Shown: positions 37,343 to 47,695, counted from the first letter of the stretch. The stretch is DNA of 64,000 bases from a bacterium (GCA_030647205.1 JAUSJO010000006.1:11163-75162), one strand, 5' to 3'. Notes: generated from the letters alone by a model not told the origin. A program made the numbers and translations.

Positions 37343-38281
37343 TTAGATAAGGATAGGTGAATTTGCCTGTCTAACTATCTTTTGTACTCTCCAGAAACGC
37401 AGAATTGCAGCCGAACTTATGTATACAGACGATGCACCGGCGTAATAGGCAAGATCAACATCCTCTGGGCAAAGTATGCCTCCGCCTAAGTTGATCGGCT
37501 TGGTAAAGCCTAGTGATCTGGCAACTCCAACCATTTCAACTGCGAGAGGAAACAAGGGCTTACCTGATAGAGATCCACCGCCATATTTGGCTAGAGGAGA
37601 TACATCACTTCCCCAGGCTTCTTGCCAGTCAACGAGTGATGACCCAAAGGGGATACTGTTGATCATGCAAAGAGCATCGCAGTATGGGTTCTCCTCAAGA
37701 TCCATTATTATATCCGTCGGATCAGGTTCAAGACCAAACTTCACCATCAAGGGTACATGAAGCTTGCCGGCTATCTCAAGTACATCCTCTAGATATTGGT
37801 AGAGTTTATAGAGACTACAGTCAGAGTTCGGACATGAAACATTGATCTGAATCCCAAACGGCGCCTTGAAACCACCTCTATAGCGCTCGATGAGCTCCAC
37901 CATTTTCTTCATTTCTTGATCCGGCTTTTCACTTATAGTCATGACCGAAATGAAGAAAGGCTCTGTTCTTTTTTGCCACTCACCTGCTCTTAGCAATGCT
38001 TCCAGACCTGGGTTTGAAAGGCTAATGGCATTTAGGACCGACCCCTTTCGAAACTTAACCCGTATTGCTCTCGGCAATAATCCTTTCGGGCGAAAGTTAT
38101 CCTTTAAGGGAAGATTTCCTCCTTGAGGTTCAAGTGTTGCGGTTTTTGCAACAAATGTAATACCATCGAAGCTTCCGCCAACATGCTTTGTGACTCTGTG
38201 ATACCAATAGCCCTCTCCAAAAAATCCCTGGACTCCGGACCCACCAAGAACGTTTCCAAAATCAATGCCACGAAGCTTCAT
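37343..38281 (-). CDS. Dihydroorotate dehydrogenase (class 1)-like / dihydropyrimidine dehydrogenase-like TIM-barrel flavoprotein
   Basis: NxSCPN active-site motif (INVSCPNSD), GLxNPG (ISLSNPG), and C-terminal GGGI FMN-binding motif. Confidence 0.6.
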   Translation of the reverse strand: MKLRGIDFGNVLGGSGVQGFFGEGYWYHRVTKHVGGSFDGITFVAKTATLEPQGGNLPLKDNFRPKGLLPRAIRVKFRKGSVLNAISLSNPGLEALLRAGEWQKRTEPFFISVMTISEKPDQEMKKMVELIERYRGGFKAPFGIQINVSCPNSDCSLYKLYQYLEDVLEIAGKLHVPLMVKFGLEPDPTDIIMDLEENPYCDALCMINSIPFGSSLVDWQEAWGSDVSPLAKYGGGSLSGKPLFPLAVEMVGVARSLGFTKPINLGGGILCPEDVDLAYYAGASSVYISSAAILRFWRVQKIVRQANSPILI

Positions 38282-38379
38282 ACAAGTTCACCCCCCTTAT
38301 TTTGTAAGGTACATTTGAGCAACAAAAAAGCTGAGATTACCCTCAGCACTTTTATTCTATCATTTCGGAACTTAAAAAG

Positions 38380-40017
38380 CTACTTTGCGCTGCCTTTACC
38401 AATCCTCATTTTCTCGAGAACAAACTTAATCTCCTCGCATTTGAAAAGCCATGCAAGAAAAAAGTAGCAGATACCCCCCAAGGCTACTGCCCCGGTTGTT
38501 TGCAAGAAGAGACCGGTAACTTTCTCGGTACTGGTCACGGCATCAAAAAGATACAGTGAATAGTGGACAACAAGCCCCATAGCTATAGAAGCGATGACGA
38601 GGCGAGTCGTAGACTCAAATATTTTATGGTCAGGATCTAAAATACCAATCTTTTCATGTAAGAAAACTGCAAGGAGAATAACATTCACTATGCCGGCGAT
38701 TGAGAACGCTAAAGCTACACCAGCCACCCCTAAACCCCAAAGCGGAACGAAAGGAAGAGTGATAGAAAGAATAGCATTTACTATCATGACTATAACACCG
38801 ATGTAAAATGGGGTTTTAGTGTCCTGAATAGCAAAGAACGCCTTGTACAAAAGCGGTATCATCCCCTGGGCAATCAGTCCAAAAGAGAAAAAAAGCAGCG
38901 TTTTTGTAGTCCAGTAGGTAGCTTCCCAGTCAAAGTTACCTGTTCCAAATACTAGACGAATTATTTGCGCCCTCAAAACTATTACTCCAATAGTGGCAGG
39001 GATCATAAAGAAAAGAATACGGCGCGCGCTCCATGAGAACCTACTCATAAACTCGTCCATATCTTTTTTGGCATAACTCTCCGAAAGCGCCGGAAAGATT
39101 GCCGTTGCTATGGCAATACCAAAGATAACCGTAGGGACAGTTTGAATGTTGTTAGCATAGTTAAGTTCGCTGATACTACCTGCGGCCAAAAAAGAAAGAA
39201 CAATAGTGTCAACAACCAGGTTAATTTGGCTGGTTCCAATCGTCAAAGTCCTTGGCACCATCATCTTGAATATTCTGGCTATCTCACCCTTTTTAAAATC
39301 AATGATCGGTTTCCATCTGTATCCGGTTCGAAGAGTAGATGGGAGCTGGACAAGAACAGTCATGAAGGCACCAGCGGCAGCACCAATAGCAGGAGCATAT
39401 ATTGAAGGATGGAACTTATCGACCAGAAATATCATGGAAAGAATAATGGAAATATTATAAACAATCGGGACCAGAGAATAAGCGACAAATCTTTTGTGGG
39501 AGTTCAAGATTCCACTGAGTATACCTGAAATAGCAAAGAAGATGGGTGACAAAAGCATAATCCTTATCATATTTACGGTTGTAGAGTAGACATTAAAGCT
39601 AGTCTCTATTTTTTGGTTGAAAAAGCCGGGCAAAAGTAAAGGGACCAGCTTAGGTGCAAGCACAAAAACCACCACGCAAAAAACAACCGCGCCAAGAAGC
39701 ATAAAGTTTAAGAAAGAGTTAGCAAACTTCTGTACATCCTCCTTCTTTTCCTTGGTCATCTTTTCAATGAAAATAGGGATAAAGACACTGGAGACAGCTC
39801 CCAATATCAGAAGGTTGAATATCAGATCAGGAATTCTGAATGAGGCGTAAAATATATCTGTCTCATGTCCGGCACCGAAATGACCGGCTATAAGACGTTC
39901 TCTAAAGAGTCCCAAGATGTTTGAAACAAGACCAGTAACCGCCAAAATGATAGCTGCCGCAGAGACGGTTAGCTTTTTGTCCCAGATTAAGTACAAAAAT
40001 TTTTTAACTCTAGTCAC
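38380..40017 (-). CDS. murJ: Lipid II flippase MurJ (MviN)
   Basis: 545 aa, 14 TM helices, and a conserved N-terminal region (AAAIILAVTGLVSNILGLFRERLIAGHFGAG...). Confidence 0.85.
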   Translation of the reverse strand: MTRVKKFLYLIWDKKLTVSAAAIILAVTGLVSNILGLFRERLIAGHFGAGHETDIFYASFRIPDLIFNLLILGAVSSVFIPIFIEKMTKEKKEDVQKFANSFLNFMLLGAVVFCVVVFVLAPKLVPLLLPGFFNQKIETSFNVYSTTVNMIRIMLLSPIFFAISGILSGILNSHKRFVAYSLVPIVYNISIILSMIFLVDKFHPSIYAPAIGAAAGAFMTVLVQLPSTLRTGYRWKPIIDFKKGEIARIFKMMVPRTLTIGTSQINLVVDTIVLSFLAAGSISELNYANNIQTVPTVIFGIAIATAIFPALSESYAKKDMDEFMSRFSWSARRILFFMIPATIGVIVLRAQIIRLVFGTGNFDWEATYWTTKTLLFFSFGLIAQGMIPLLYKAFFAIQDTKTPFYIGVIVMIVNAILSITLPFVPLWGLGVAGVALAFSIAGIVNVILLAVFLHEKIGILDPDHKIFESTTRLVIASIAMGLVVHYSLYLFDAVTSTEKVTGLFLQTTGAVALGGICYFFLAWLFKCEEIKFVLEKMRIGKGSAK

Positions 40018-41857
40018 TCTTTTTTACCTTGTCTATCTTCGCCATGAGTTTTTCGAAATCTTCTCCTTCGATGGTTTCTTTTTCTACCAATGTCTTTGCG
40101 ATAAGATCTAACTTTGTACGGTTTTTCTTTAGAATTTCCATGGATTTGTTGTAGCATTCCATAATAGCCTTGTTTGTTTCCTCATCAATAATAGCTGCTA
40201 TCTCCTCGGAGTAGTTTTTGTTGTGTTCGGTCAGTTCCTTACCTAAAAATACCTGCTCTTCTTGATGGCCGTAGACTTGCGGACCCAGTTTTTCGTTCAT
40301 ACCGTATTTAACAGCCATATTGCGGGCCATTTTAGTAGCTTTTTCGATATCGTTTGAGGCGCCGGTTGTAATCTCGTTGAAGACCAACTCTTCAGCTGCT
40401 CTTCCTCCCATTGACATTGTTATCTCATCATAGATTTTTGATTTGGTCAAAAGTTTCAAATCCTCTTTCGGCAAGCTCCAAGTAACCCCAAGTGCCATTC
40501 CTCTAGAAATAACAGATATCTTATGAATAGGATCAGCGTTTGGTAGAAGATGTCCAACGATAGCATGACCTGCTTCATGATAGGCAATTATGTCTTTTTC
40601 ATGCTTGTTTAGAGCATTGCTTTTTCTTTCTGGACCAAGCAAAACCTTTTCTGTAGCAGAGCTTAGATCAGCCATGGTAATTTCTTTTCTATTTTTACGT
40701 GCAGTGAGAATTGCTGCCTCATTCATCAGGTTCTCAAGATCAGCTCCAGAAAAACCAGGGGTTTGTTTGGCAATCGTTTCCAGATCTGTATCTTTGGCCA
40801 AAGGCTTGCCTCCTGCATGAACCTTCAAGATCGCCTCACGAGCCTTAACATCGGGCATATCAAGCACAATCCTTCGGTCAAATCTGCCAGGACGCAGAAG
40901 CGCCGGGTCAAGAACATCAGGCCTGTTTGTTGCTGCCATCACAATAACGTTTGTCCCCTTTTCAAAGCCATCCATTTCAACTAGTATCTGGTTTAACGTC
41001 TGTTCCCGTTCGTCATGAGAACCACCAAGACCACTGCCGCGCTGCCGGCCAACGGCATCTATTTCATCGATAAATATGATACATGGAGCATTTTTCTTTG
41101 CTCGATTGAAAAGATCTCTTACACGACTAGCTCCTACTCCGACAAACATTTCGACAAACTCAGAACCAGATATTGAGAAAAACGGCACATCAGCCTCACC
41201 GGCAACTGCTCTTGCAAGAAGGGTTTTGCCTGTTCCGGGACTACCAAAAAGGAGCACACCCTTTGGTATTTTGGCACCCAAGTTCAAGAATTTCTTTGGA
41301 TACTTTAAGAACTCGACGATCTCTTCAAGCTCTTCTTTTGCTTCTTCACTCCCGGCAACCTCCTTAAAGGTCACTTTTTTCTTTGTTTTGTCATATACTT
41401 GCGGCTTCGATTTCCCAAATCCCATTGCCTGATTTGATGCCCCTTGCGATTGGCGAATGAAAAAGTAAAGGATACCTCCAATTAACAACACTGGTATAAT
41501 CGTCTGGATAAGGATACCGATCCAAAGCGAACTACTGCTTGAAGACTTTGAATCTATACTAACTTTACTTGGGTCAATCTGCTCCACTCCCAAGAATTTT
41601 AGAACATCAGTAATTTTCTCACTTTCATTGATTGACGAGGTTTGTTTTTTCCCGTCTTCTAAAGTAATAGTGACTTTACTTCCTTCTTGTGTGATATTTT
41701 TGACTTTGTTGTCCTTGACTTCTTGGGCCACTTTTGATATATCAACTTTTTCGATATTCTGAGTTGGAATATAGAAAGAGTACACTGCTGCCATGATCAG
41801 TATGATAGTTATAAAAATTAAGATAGCTCGATTATTTTTCTTCATTGGTTTTTTCAT
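40010..41857 (-). CDS. ftsH: ATP-dependent zinc metalloprotease FtsH
   Basis: Two N-terminal TM helices, an AAA module ([29 protein letters not shown]) and an HEAGHA zinc motif. Confidence 0.9.
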   Translation of the reverse strand: MKKPMKKNNRAILIFITIILIMAAVYSFYIPTQNIEKVDISKVAQEVKDNKVKNITQEGSKVTITLEDGKKQTSSINESEKITDVLKFLGVEQIDPSKVSIDSKSSSSSSLWIGILIQTIIPVLLIGGILYFFIRQSQGASNQAMGFGKSKPQVYDKTKKKVTFKEVAGSEEAKEELEEIVEFLKYPKKFLNLGAKIPKGVLLFGSPGTGKTLLARAVAGEADVPFFSISGSEFVEMFVGVGASRVRDLFNRAKKNAPCIIFIDEIDAVGRQRGSGLGGSHDEREQTLNQILVEMDGFEKGTNVIVMAATNRPDVLDPALLRPGRFDRRIVLDMPDVKAREAILKVHAGGKPLAKDTDLETIAKQTPGFSGADLENLMNEAAILTARKNRKEITMADLSSATEKVLLGPERKSNALNKHEKDIIAYHEAGHAIVGHLLPNADPIHKISVISRGMALGVTWSLPKEDLKLLTKSKIYDEITMSMGGRAAEELVFNEITTGASNDIEKATKMARNMAVKYGMNEKLGPQVYGHQEEQVFLGKELTEHNKNYSEEIAAIIDEETNKAIMECYNKSMEILKKNRTKLDLIAKTLVEKETIEGEDFEKLMAKIDKVKKSD

Positions 41858-43190
41858 ATCTAATTGTTGCCTCTAAACTTACTAAGTCCTTATTACTTTT
41901 ATATTCAGGATTGAATCTGATACCCGGGATCCAGATAACTTCATCTTTCGCACTCACGACAATCGGATAACTGTCTCTCATCTCGCGCGGAACTTTTACA
42001 TCTATAAACACATCCTGTAGACTTTTAGTTCTGCCCGAGCCGATTGCAATCCTATCTCCGGCCTTTCTACATCTTACACGTAACGTAGGCGTTTTTTTAA
42101 TGTCTAAAAATACTAAATTTTTGTCTTCTACAGTATTTTTTCCATCTAATTTGCCTAAAAAAAGCCTCCAGCTGCCAAAAAAAGCTTCCTCACCCATCTT
42201 CAACCTTATGATTTTTGGCTTCTCTGTGGGACTTTTTGCTTCTTTTCTAATTTCCAGTTTATCATAAGTCCGCCTCACAATCAATCCTTCTCCCAAGTGA
42301 ATTTCTTTTGTCCCGTCAGCCGTTTTCAAAAGCTTCTGCATATCTTCGATGTTTCTCCTTGAAACATCCTTAAGATCTCCCTTCACATACCGAACAGATT
42401 CCCTCAAAATCTCTGATTGTAGATATGGGTTGATTTTAACTAGTTCCTCTACCGAGAAAAAAACTGCATCCCTTGCCTCTTTGACCAACTGTTTATAGTG
42501 TTTTTTTGTAATGCTTGAAATTACGTCATCCGCATCCCGTAAATCTTGGATTTCCCGTGCGAGCGTTTGTACGAAGTCCAGGTTAATTTTTTCAAACTCA
42601 GGGATAACTTTGTGGCGAATGAGATTTCTTTTGATAGTCAGGTCTTTGTTCGTAATATCCTCGACGAATTCTAGACTATTCTCCTTGGCGTATTTTTCGA
42701 TCTCTCTCCTCGTTGAAAAAAGGAGGGGTCGGATCAAACCTCCATTCTTAGGTTTCATAGAAACAAGACCGGTCAGCCCACTGCCTCTGGAAAGATTGAG
42801 AAAAAACGTCTCAACAAGATCATTTTTATGGTGTGCAACGGCAACTTTCTTCATTTTTTCCTGCTTACAGATCTCATTAAAAAAATCATAACGGATATCC
42901 CGAGCTTTTTCCTCAATATTACCGCCTGCAAGCTTAACTTTCTCCTCAAAGAATGGTAATTCATACTTTTTAGCCAAGTCTTTTACAAATTTATTATCTT
43001 TATCGGCTTCTTTTCTGAGCCCGTAGTTCACATGAGCAATTGCAATATGGATGCCCAATTTATTCTGTAATTTAGATAGGATATCCAAAAGAACAACTGA
43101 GTCAACTCCGCCGGACACGCCAACCAAAATCCGGTCGCCCTTTCGAATCAAATTATTGTTTCCCGAGTACGCTAAAAAGTCATCAATCAT
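41832..43190 (-). CDS. tilS: tRNA(Ile)-lysidine synthetase TilS
   Basis: PP-loop SGGVDS near the N-terminus. 452 aa with a TilS C-terminal domain. Confidence 0.85.
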   Translation of the reverse strand: MIDDFLAYSGNNNLIRKGDRILVGVSGGVDSVVLLDILSKLQNKLGIHIAIAHVNYGLRKEADKDNKFVKDLAKKYELPFFEEKVKLAGGNIEEKARDIRYDFFNEICKQEKMKKVAVAHHKNDLVETFFLNLSRGSGLTGLVSMKPKNGGLIRPLLFSTRREIEKYAKENSLEFVEDITNKDLTIKRNLIRHKVIPEFEKINLDFVQTLAREIQDLRDADDVISSITKKHYKQLVKEARDAVFFSVEELVKINPYLQSEILRESVRYVKGDLKDVSRRNIEDMQKLLKTADGTKEIHLGEGLIVRRTYDKLEIRKEAKSPTEKPKIIRLKMGEEAFFGSWRLFLGKLDGKNTVEDKNLVFLDIKKTPTLRVRCRKAGDRIAIGSGRTKSLQDVFIDVKVPREMRDSYPIVVSAKDEVIWIPGIRFNPEYKSNKDLVSLEATIRYEKTNEEK

Positions 43191-43222
43191 AGTTGAATTT
43201 TAAATTAATTTAAAAAATCCGT

Positions 43223-43474
43223 TTAGTACTTAATTCTAAGGAAAAGAATTATTGAAGCAAGAACAGTAGTTATAGAGTTGCCAATGATTAAAGGATAAGA
43301 GTGTGTAAGAATGCCGTAACTCAACCAAAGTATTTGTCCTGTTAGCAGGATTATATACATAATCAAAGATAGATCCTTTGCCGACTTTGTCCTTATTGCT
43401 TTTATCACCTGGGGGATAAAAGAGGTGGTAGTAAAGATGGCTGCCAAAAACCCTATTGAACTAACTTCGTTCAT
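43223..43474 (-). CDS. Small membrane protein
   Basis: ORF track, 3 TM helices. Confidence 0.35.
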   Translation of the reverse strand: MNEVSSIGFLAAIFTTTSFIPQVIKAIRTKSAKDLSLIMYIILLTGQILWLSYGILTHSYPLIIGNSITTVLASIILFLRIKY

Positions 43475-43497
43475 AAAGACTCCTAAAAATTTTCATA

Positions 43498-43574
43498 TCT
43501 GGTAGCGGGGGAAGGATTCGAACCTCCGACCTCCGGGTTATGAGCCCGACGAGCTGCCACTGCTCTACCCCGCG
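43498..43574 (-). tRNA. tRNA-Met (anticodon CAU), initiator-type
   Basis: Cloverleaf can be read by hand: T-loop GGTTCGAATCC, anticodon loop CTCATAA, three consecutive G:C pairs at the base of the anticodon stem, and a 1:72 mismatch (C1/U72). Encoded CCA. Confidence 0.8.
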
Positions 43575-43623
43575 TCGCAAATGCCATTCTAGCAGGGTTG
43601 AGCTCTTTTTTCAAGCCTTTACC

Positions 43624-44001
43624 CTACTCTTCCTTTTTTTGGGGGAACAAGAAGTTCCACCATTTTTGGGGATTTGAGATCTTTTCTTTATGCACGTCTT
43701 TTTTCTGTTCTTCGCCTTCGGGCCCGGCAGTTATAACCAGCACTTGCTCGCCCGGTTTTTGATATCCGAGACGCTCCCTCATAACCCTTTCCTTATAGCT
43801 CTCAGTTTTATAGTATAAAATCTTATTTTGAAGGTTTGTATTCTCTGCCTCCAAAACATCTACTTCCCTTTGAAGATTCTTTTCGATGCCGTTAAACTTG
43901 ATATTCTGATAAATAGTCTTTCCAACCAAAAAGAATATGTAAACAAGGAAGGCTATCCCCCCAATTTTTATAAGCTTCTCTTTTAAATCACCTTTATTCA
44001 T
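43624..44001 (-). CDS. ftsB: Septum formation initiator family protein (FtsB/DivIC-like)
   Basis: An N-terminal TM helix, a coiled-coil (LEAENTNLQNKILYYK), and a C-terminal RERLGYQKPGEQV motif typical of FtsB/DivIC. Confidence 0.6.
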   Translation of the reverse strand: MNKGDLKEKLIKIGGIAFLVYIFFLVGKTIYQNIKFNGIEKNLQREVDVLEAENTNLQNKILYYKTESYKERVMRERLGYQKPGEQVLVITAGPEGEEQKKDVHKEKISNPQKWWNFLFPQKKEE

Positions 44002-44099
44002 TTATTCACGTTGAAAATACTGCTTTTTTAAAGTATAATATGTAAGTTAAATGTACTTTCAATTATAGAACATTACCCCATAATTTGCATTACTAAAAG

Positions 44100-44175
44100 G
44101 GGCCCGTAGCTCAGCGGTTAGAGCAGTCGGCTCATAACCGATTGGTCGTTGGTTCGATTCCAACCGGGCCCACCA
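44100..44175 (+). tRNA. tRNA with anticodon CAU, tRNA-Ile2 (lysidine-modified, TilS substrate)-like
   Basis: GGGCCCGTAGCTCAGCGGTTAGAGCAGTCGGCTCATAACCGATTGGTCGTTGGTTCGATTCCAACCGGGCCCACCA closely parallels E. coli ileX (GGCCCCTTAGCTCAGTGGTTAGAGCAGGCGACTCATAATCGCTTGGTCGCTGGTTCAAGTCC...). Confidence 0.7.
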
Positions 44176-44179
44176 ATAT

Positions 44180-44256
44180 GGCAGGGTAGCTCAGTTGGTT
44201 AGAGCACAGGACTCATAAGCCTGAGGTCGTGGGTTCGAATCCCACCCCTGCTACCA
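44180..44256 (+). tRNA. tRNA-Met (anticodon CAU), elongator-type
   Basis: GGCAGGGTAGCTCAGTTGGTTAGAGCACAGGACTCATAAGCCTGAGGTCGTGGGTTCGAATCCCACCCCTGCTACCA resembles the elongator metT pattern. No GGG/CCC anticodon-stem signature. Confidence 0.75.
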
Positions 44257-44260
44257 AAAA

Positions 44261-44288
44261 ATACCGAGAGAGAGGTATTTTTTATTTT
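44261..44288 (+). terminator. Hairpin (ataccgagagagaggtat) plus a T-run after the tRNA pair
   Basis: Read from the sequence. Confidence 0.5.
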
Positions 44289-44353
44289 ACGCTACTCTTG
44301 ATATTTAACGGTGATGTGCTAAAATTATTTAAAATATAAAAAAGGAGGCTTAA

Positions 44354-44719
44354 GTGTCAAAGGTATTAATAGTAAGTTCCGACAGGTCATCTATAAAGCT
44401 CTACCAAACAGCCATTAACTTTCAGAGGATTGAAACAATTGTTGCGGGCAGCGCCGAAGAGGCTATCACTATGCTTGACCAAAAACCAAGCTTGATTCTT
44501 ATAGATATCTTAACCCCTGACTTAAAAGACATAAACCTAATAAAAGAAATTCAAGAAAAAGACAAAGTCCCTCTAATAATTATTGCTGATATTAAAAGAA
44601 ATCACGCATTGAGTGAACATTCCATAGAGGGAGCATGCGAATACTTATCAAAATCGGACACATCGGTCGGAGATATCATCAAAAAAGTAAGAAAGGCTAT
44701 AGACGAGGATACGGCTTAA
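44354..44719 (+). CDS. Standalone response-regulator receiver (CheY-like) domain protein, GTG start
   Basis: KVLIVSSD...LILIDIL...KDKVPLIIIAD... receiver-domain pattern. The acidic pocket is partly degenerate (SD instead of DD). Confidence 0.55.
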   Translation: MSKVLIVSSDRSSIKLYQTAINFQRIETIVAGSAEEAITMLDQKPSLILIDILTPDLKDINLIKEIQEKDKVPLIIIADIKRNHALSEHSIEGACEYLSKSDTSVGDIIKKVRKAIDEDTA

Positions 44720-44738
44720 CTTTAACTTCAACCATCCT

Positions 44739-45221
44739 TTAAACACCCTTCGGGGTGTTTTTTATTATAAGCCAAGAGTTTTTACCACCATAACCACTGG
44801 TTTTAATCAAGGTATATCTGCCTTTCGCCTTTTTTCCTTCTAATATGAACTCGATAATTTTTTCATCTCTTTTTATGAGCTCATACTTGCCTGAATCCCA
44901 TATTTTGACTGCCCCTGCTCCATAGCTCCCCTCAGGTATTTCTCCCTCAAAGTCTATATAATCAACCGGGTGATCCTCCACTTCCACGGCTAATCTTTTC
45001 TCACCGACTTCTTCCGGTATCCCTTTTGGCACTGCCCAACTTTTCAGGACAATAGTATCTGAATTTAAATCTTCAGCCATTTCAAGCCGAAAATCCCAGT
45101 GCAACTGAGAGGCATGATGCTCCTGAACCGCAAAACGACCTTGTCCGCCCTTAACCGCTTTTGCCTCCGGTTCGGGCGTCTTTGTAAAATTTCTTTTTTC
45201 TTTATATTTTTCTAGGGCCAT
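44739..45221 (-). CDS. Standalone DNA ligase D-type 3'-phosphoesterase (PE) domain protein
   Basis: KRNFTKTPEP...RFAVQEHHASQLHWDFRLE...SWAVPKGIP...KRLAVEVEDHPVDYIDFEGEIPEGSYGAGAVKIWDSGKYE matches the LigD PE domain signature almost motif for motif. Confidence 0.7.
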   Translation of the reverse strand: MALEKYKEKRNFTKTPEPEAKAVKGGQGRFAVQEHHASQLHWDFRLEMAEDLNSDTIVLKSWAVPKGIPEEVGEKRLAVEVEDHPVDYIDFEGEIPEGSYGAGAVKIWDSGKYELIKRDEKIIEFILEGKKAKGRYTLIKTSGYGGKNSWLIIKNTPKGV

Positions 45222-45862
45222 TTTTTAATATTCTTTAGCTCATCTAATATATAGTTCCAGTTTAGATTATTAAAGTATGCATCTATGTAGTCTTTTCGTT
45301 TTGTGCCGTAATCCATAAAGTATGCATGCTCATAAACATCTAGAACGATGACCGGCTTGGCGTTCCATACCCCACCATGGGAGTGCCAGTCGCCAAGACC
45401 ATTATAAAGCCTTTTTTCATCTAAATCATAGTACAAAACCGCCCATCCGCGCGAAGCAAGTCCCAGCCCATGAAACTCTTCCTGCCAGTTCTCAAAACTG
45501 CCGAAATCTTTAGCAAATATCTTCCTTATTTCATCCGGTACCGTTCCATCTCCCCCTAATCCTAGAAAATAAGATTCATGAAGCTTAACCCCATTTAAAG
45601 CAAAACTTTCCTCTAGTTTCAGTTCGCGATAATCGTTGTATGTTGCATTCGGCAGCCCCTCAAATCCTCCTGCCAGCTTTTCACGAATTTCATTTACCTT
45701 GCCAACATACCCTTTATATAATACATCAAAATGTTCGGCTACCTGCTCTTTCGAGATACCATTTAACTTTTTGTAATCCAGTTCTATTGGAACTAACTTT
45801 TCCATCATGCCTCCTTTTTTAACTATTTCCATCATTTTAGGAGGCTCCTGAGACACAAACAT
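45212..45862 (-). CDS. sod: Fe/Mn superoxide dismutase
   Basis: C-terminal DVYEHAYFMDYGTKRKDYIDAYFNNLNW (the DVWEHAYY...NW signature) and N-terminal LDYKKL...H. The true start is probably the internal MMEKL (~45805). Confidence 0.8.
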   Translation of the reverse strand: MFVSQEPPKMMEIVKKGGMMEKLVPIELDYKKLNGISKEQVAEHFDVLYKGYVGKVNEIREKLAGGFEGLPNATYNDYRELKLEESFALNGVKLHESYFLGLGGDGTVPDEIRKIFAKDFGSFENWQEEFHGLGLASRGWAVLYYDLDEKRLYNGLGDWHSHGGVWNAKPVIVLDVYEHAYFMDYGTKRKDYIDAYFNNLNWNYILDELKNIKKWP

Positions 45863-46262
45863 TGTTTGAAATTACAATTTAGCTCTTAACCCGGCATGAT
45901 TTTTTTCAAAAAAAGGATGATCCGAATAATCTCTAATGCGACTATCGAAGATAAAGTGAGGATAAAGTGAACGAAGATTTTGAAAATAATGTTGTCTGAG
46001 CGTTCTAGCGAGTTCATTTTTTCAAACCTAAGTGAACTGAAATCCGACACTTTATCGCCGCCATAAGTCGCGATTTTTACTCCACTTTTTCTAAAAAAGT
46101 GGAAGAATGAATTTTTGCTATCAAAAAGTAGATAAATGATAATAACTGTGATAGCAGATTTAATCGGTCTGGATTCCGGATCAAGTCCGGAATAACAAGA
46201 TGAGATCCTCCGTACCTCAGGATGACAAAGTAAGTACCGGGTGAAGTTCTAATAAGAGCTGT

Positions 46263-46646
46263 TTATTTGTGTTGGCTCAACCAAGCTTTGAGCGGTTCTT
46301 TTTCCTGAAACCCTTCAAGTCGAGCACCATCTTTTTGAGAAATAAACTCCGGCGTTCCTTTGATTTTGTATTGATCTGCCACTCCAGGATTTTCCAAAGT
46401 GTTCATCGGCTTAAACCTAAAGCCCTCTTTTGCAAGTTCCGTCAAAATCGGCTTTTCTTGGATGCAATGAGAACAGTTTGGCGAGTAAAAATACATTACA
46501 TTGGCGTTATCGTCGAAGTAAGGCTCTATCTTTGTTCGGCTTGTATTATCGCTCGGCTTATTCTCAGAAACCTTCAAATAGCCTATGGCTCCGATAAAAC
46601 CGACAAGCAAAATACCTACTACAATGTATGGGATAAACTTCTTCAT
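46263..46646 (-). CDS. Membrane-anchored thioredoxin-fold thiol:disulfide oxidoreductase (CSHC active site)
   Basis: An N-terminal TM helix and a YFYSPNCSHC CxxC motif. Confidence 0.6.
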   Translation of the reverse strand: MKKFIPYIVVGILLVGFIGAIGYLKVSENKPSDNTSRTKIEPYFDDNANVMYFYSPNCSHCIQEKPILTELAKEGFRFKPMNTLENPGVADQYKIKGTPEFISQKDGARLEGFQEKEPLKAWLSQHK

Positions 46647-46647
46647 T

Positions 46648-47313
46648 TTAGATAAACCATTTGATCAATATTACACCAAGAACCGTCATTATTATACCCA
46701 TCGCCAGTTTCATATGGTTTTTCTCCCGCTCCTGCCAGTCCATCAGTTTCATCGCCACTCTCCGGTTCGTCGTAACAGCATAAATCAGTATCAACGGCAT
46801 CACAAACATCAGGTTATATATCAAGAGATATACAAAACCTTGAACAAACGTAGTCTTGTCGGACAAAAGACCAAGAGTCGTCACATAAATACCGCCAGAA
46901 CAAGGGAACTCGCTTATTCCGACCAAAACCCCAACCACGGCAGCCGCGGGAAGAGTCGCCTTATATGTCCACTTTAAGATTAACTGGCGAGCAGAATATG
47001 GAATCTTTGTACTAAAAATACTGTTTGGGAAGAAGTAATCTTTAATAGAGAGAACACCGACCAAGATGATTATTCCGGCTCCGATACGACTAATTAAGTG
47101 AGGTACTCCAAAAAATTGAATAACCCTTATCATCCCAAGACCGATAAGAAGATACGATACATAGATAGCAAGAATATAAACTAGGCTTATCTGAAAAACA
47201 TGCTTTTTTTCCTTTTTGAGCATGAAAAGCATTGAAAGAAATATCAAAAATATCCCGATGGCACAGGGATTGAAACTGTCTATTAGCCCATTTATAATAA
47301 CTAAAGCCAACAT
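46648..47313 (-). CDS. ccdA: Cytochrome c-type biogenesis / disulfide-transfer membrane protein CcdA (DsbD transmembrane-domain family)
   Basis: LIDSFNPCAIG and ISEFPCSGGIY conserved Cys motifs. 6 TM helices. Confidence 0.7.
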   Translation of the reverse strand: MLALVIINGLIDSFNPCAIGIFLIFLSMLFMLKKEKKHVFQISLVYILAIYVSYLLIGLGMIRVIQFFGVPHLISRIGAGIIILVGVLSIKDYFFPNSIFSTKIPYSARQLILKWTYKATLPAAAVVGVLVGISEFPCSGGIYVTTLGLLSDKTTFVQGFVYLLIYNLMFVMPLILIYAVTTNRRVAMKLMDWQEREKNHMKLAMGIIMTVLGVILIKWFI

Positions 47314-47409
47314 AGTACTTAACTAGGATAAGACAGATTCGATAATTTTTCAATTTAAATCTTTGCCCAAAGGTAGTAAACTATTTCTATTAAAAGATAA
47401 GGGGTAAAA

Positions 47410-47679
47410 ATGAAAGAGCTTGGAGAGAATACTTCAGAAAGAAAAAACCAGTGGTTAACCGATGAAGAAAACGATAATCTCGATCGACTGAATAATATAC
47501 CAAATCCCACTCATAAGGAGCTCGAGGGGAAAACACGGCTTTTACTGCTTGCTGATTTAAGAAAGAGAAAAAGTGAGGGGAAAGAATTTGAAGATGAGAC
47601 TGAAGAGCGCATTATTAATGGATTAAAGAGAACTTTCGCTCCGGATATAACTGATAACGATATAAACAGAGAAATTTAA
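47410..47679 (+). CDS. Hypothetical small acidic protein
   Basis: ORF track. Confidence 0.35.
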   Translation: MKELGENTSERKNQWLTDEENDNLDRLNNIPNPTHKELEGKTRLLLLADLRKRKSEGKEFEDETEERIINGLKRTFAPDITDNDINREI

Positions 47680-47695
47680 GATTATTTCACTTAAT

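Noticed and set aside
44354-44719. Receiver-domain protein as a full two-component response regulator
   Set aside because: Only 121 aa with no output domain and a partly degenerate acidic pocket, so it is called a standalone receiver only. No histidine kinase gene is adjacent.
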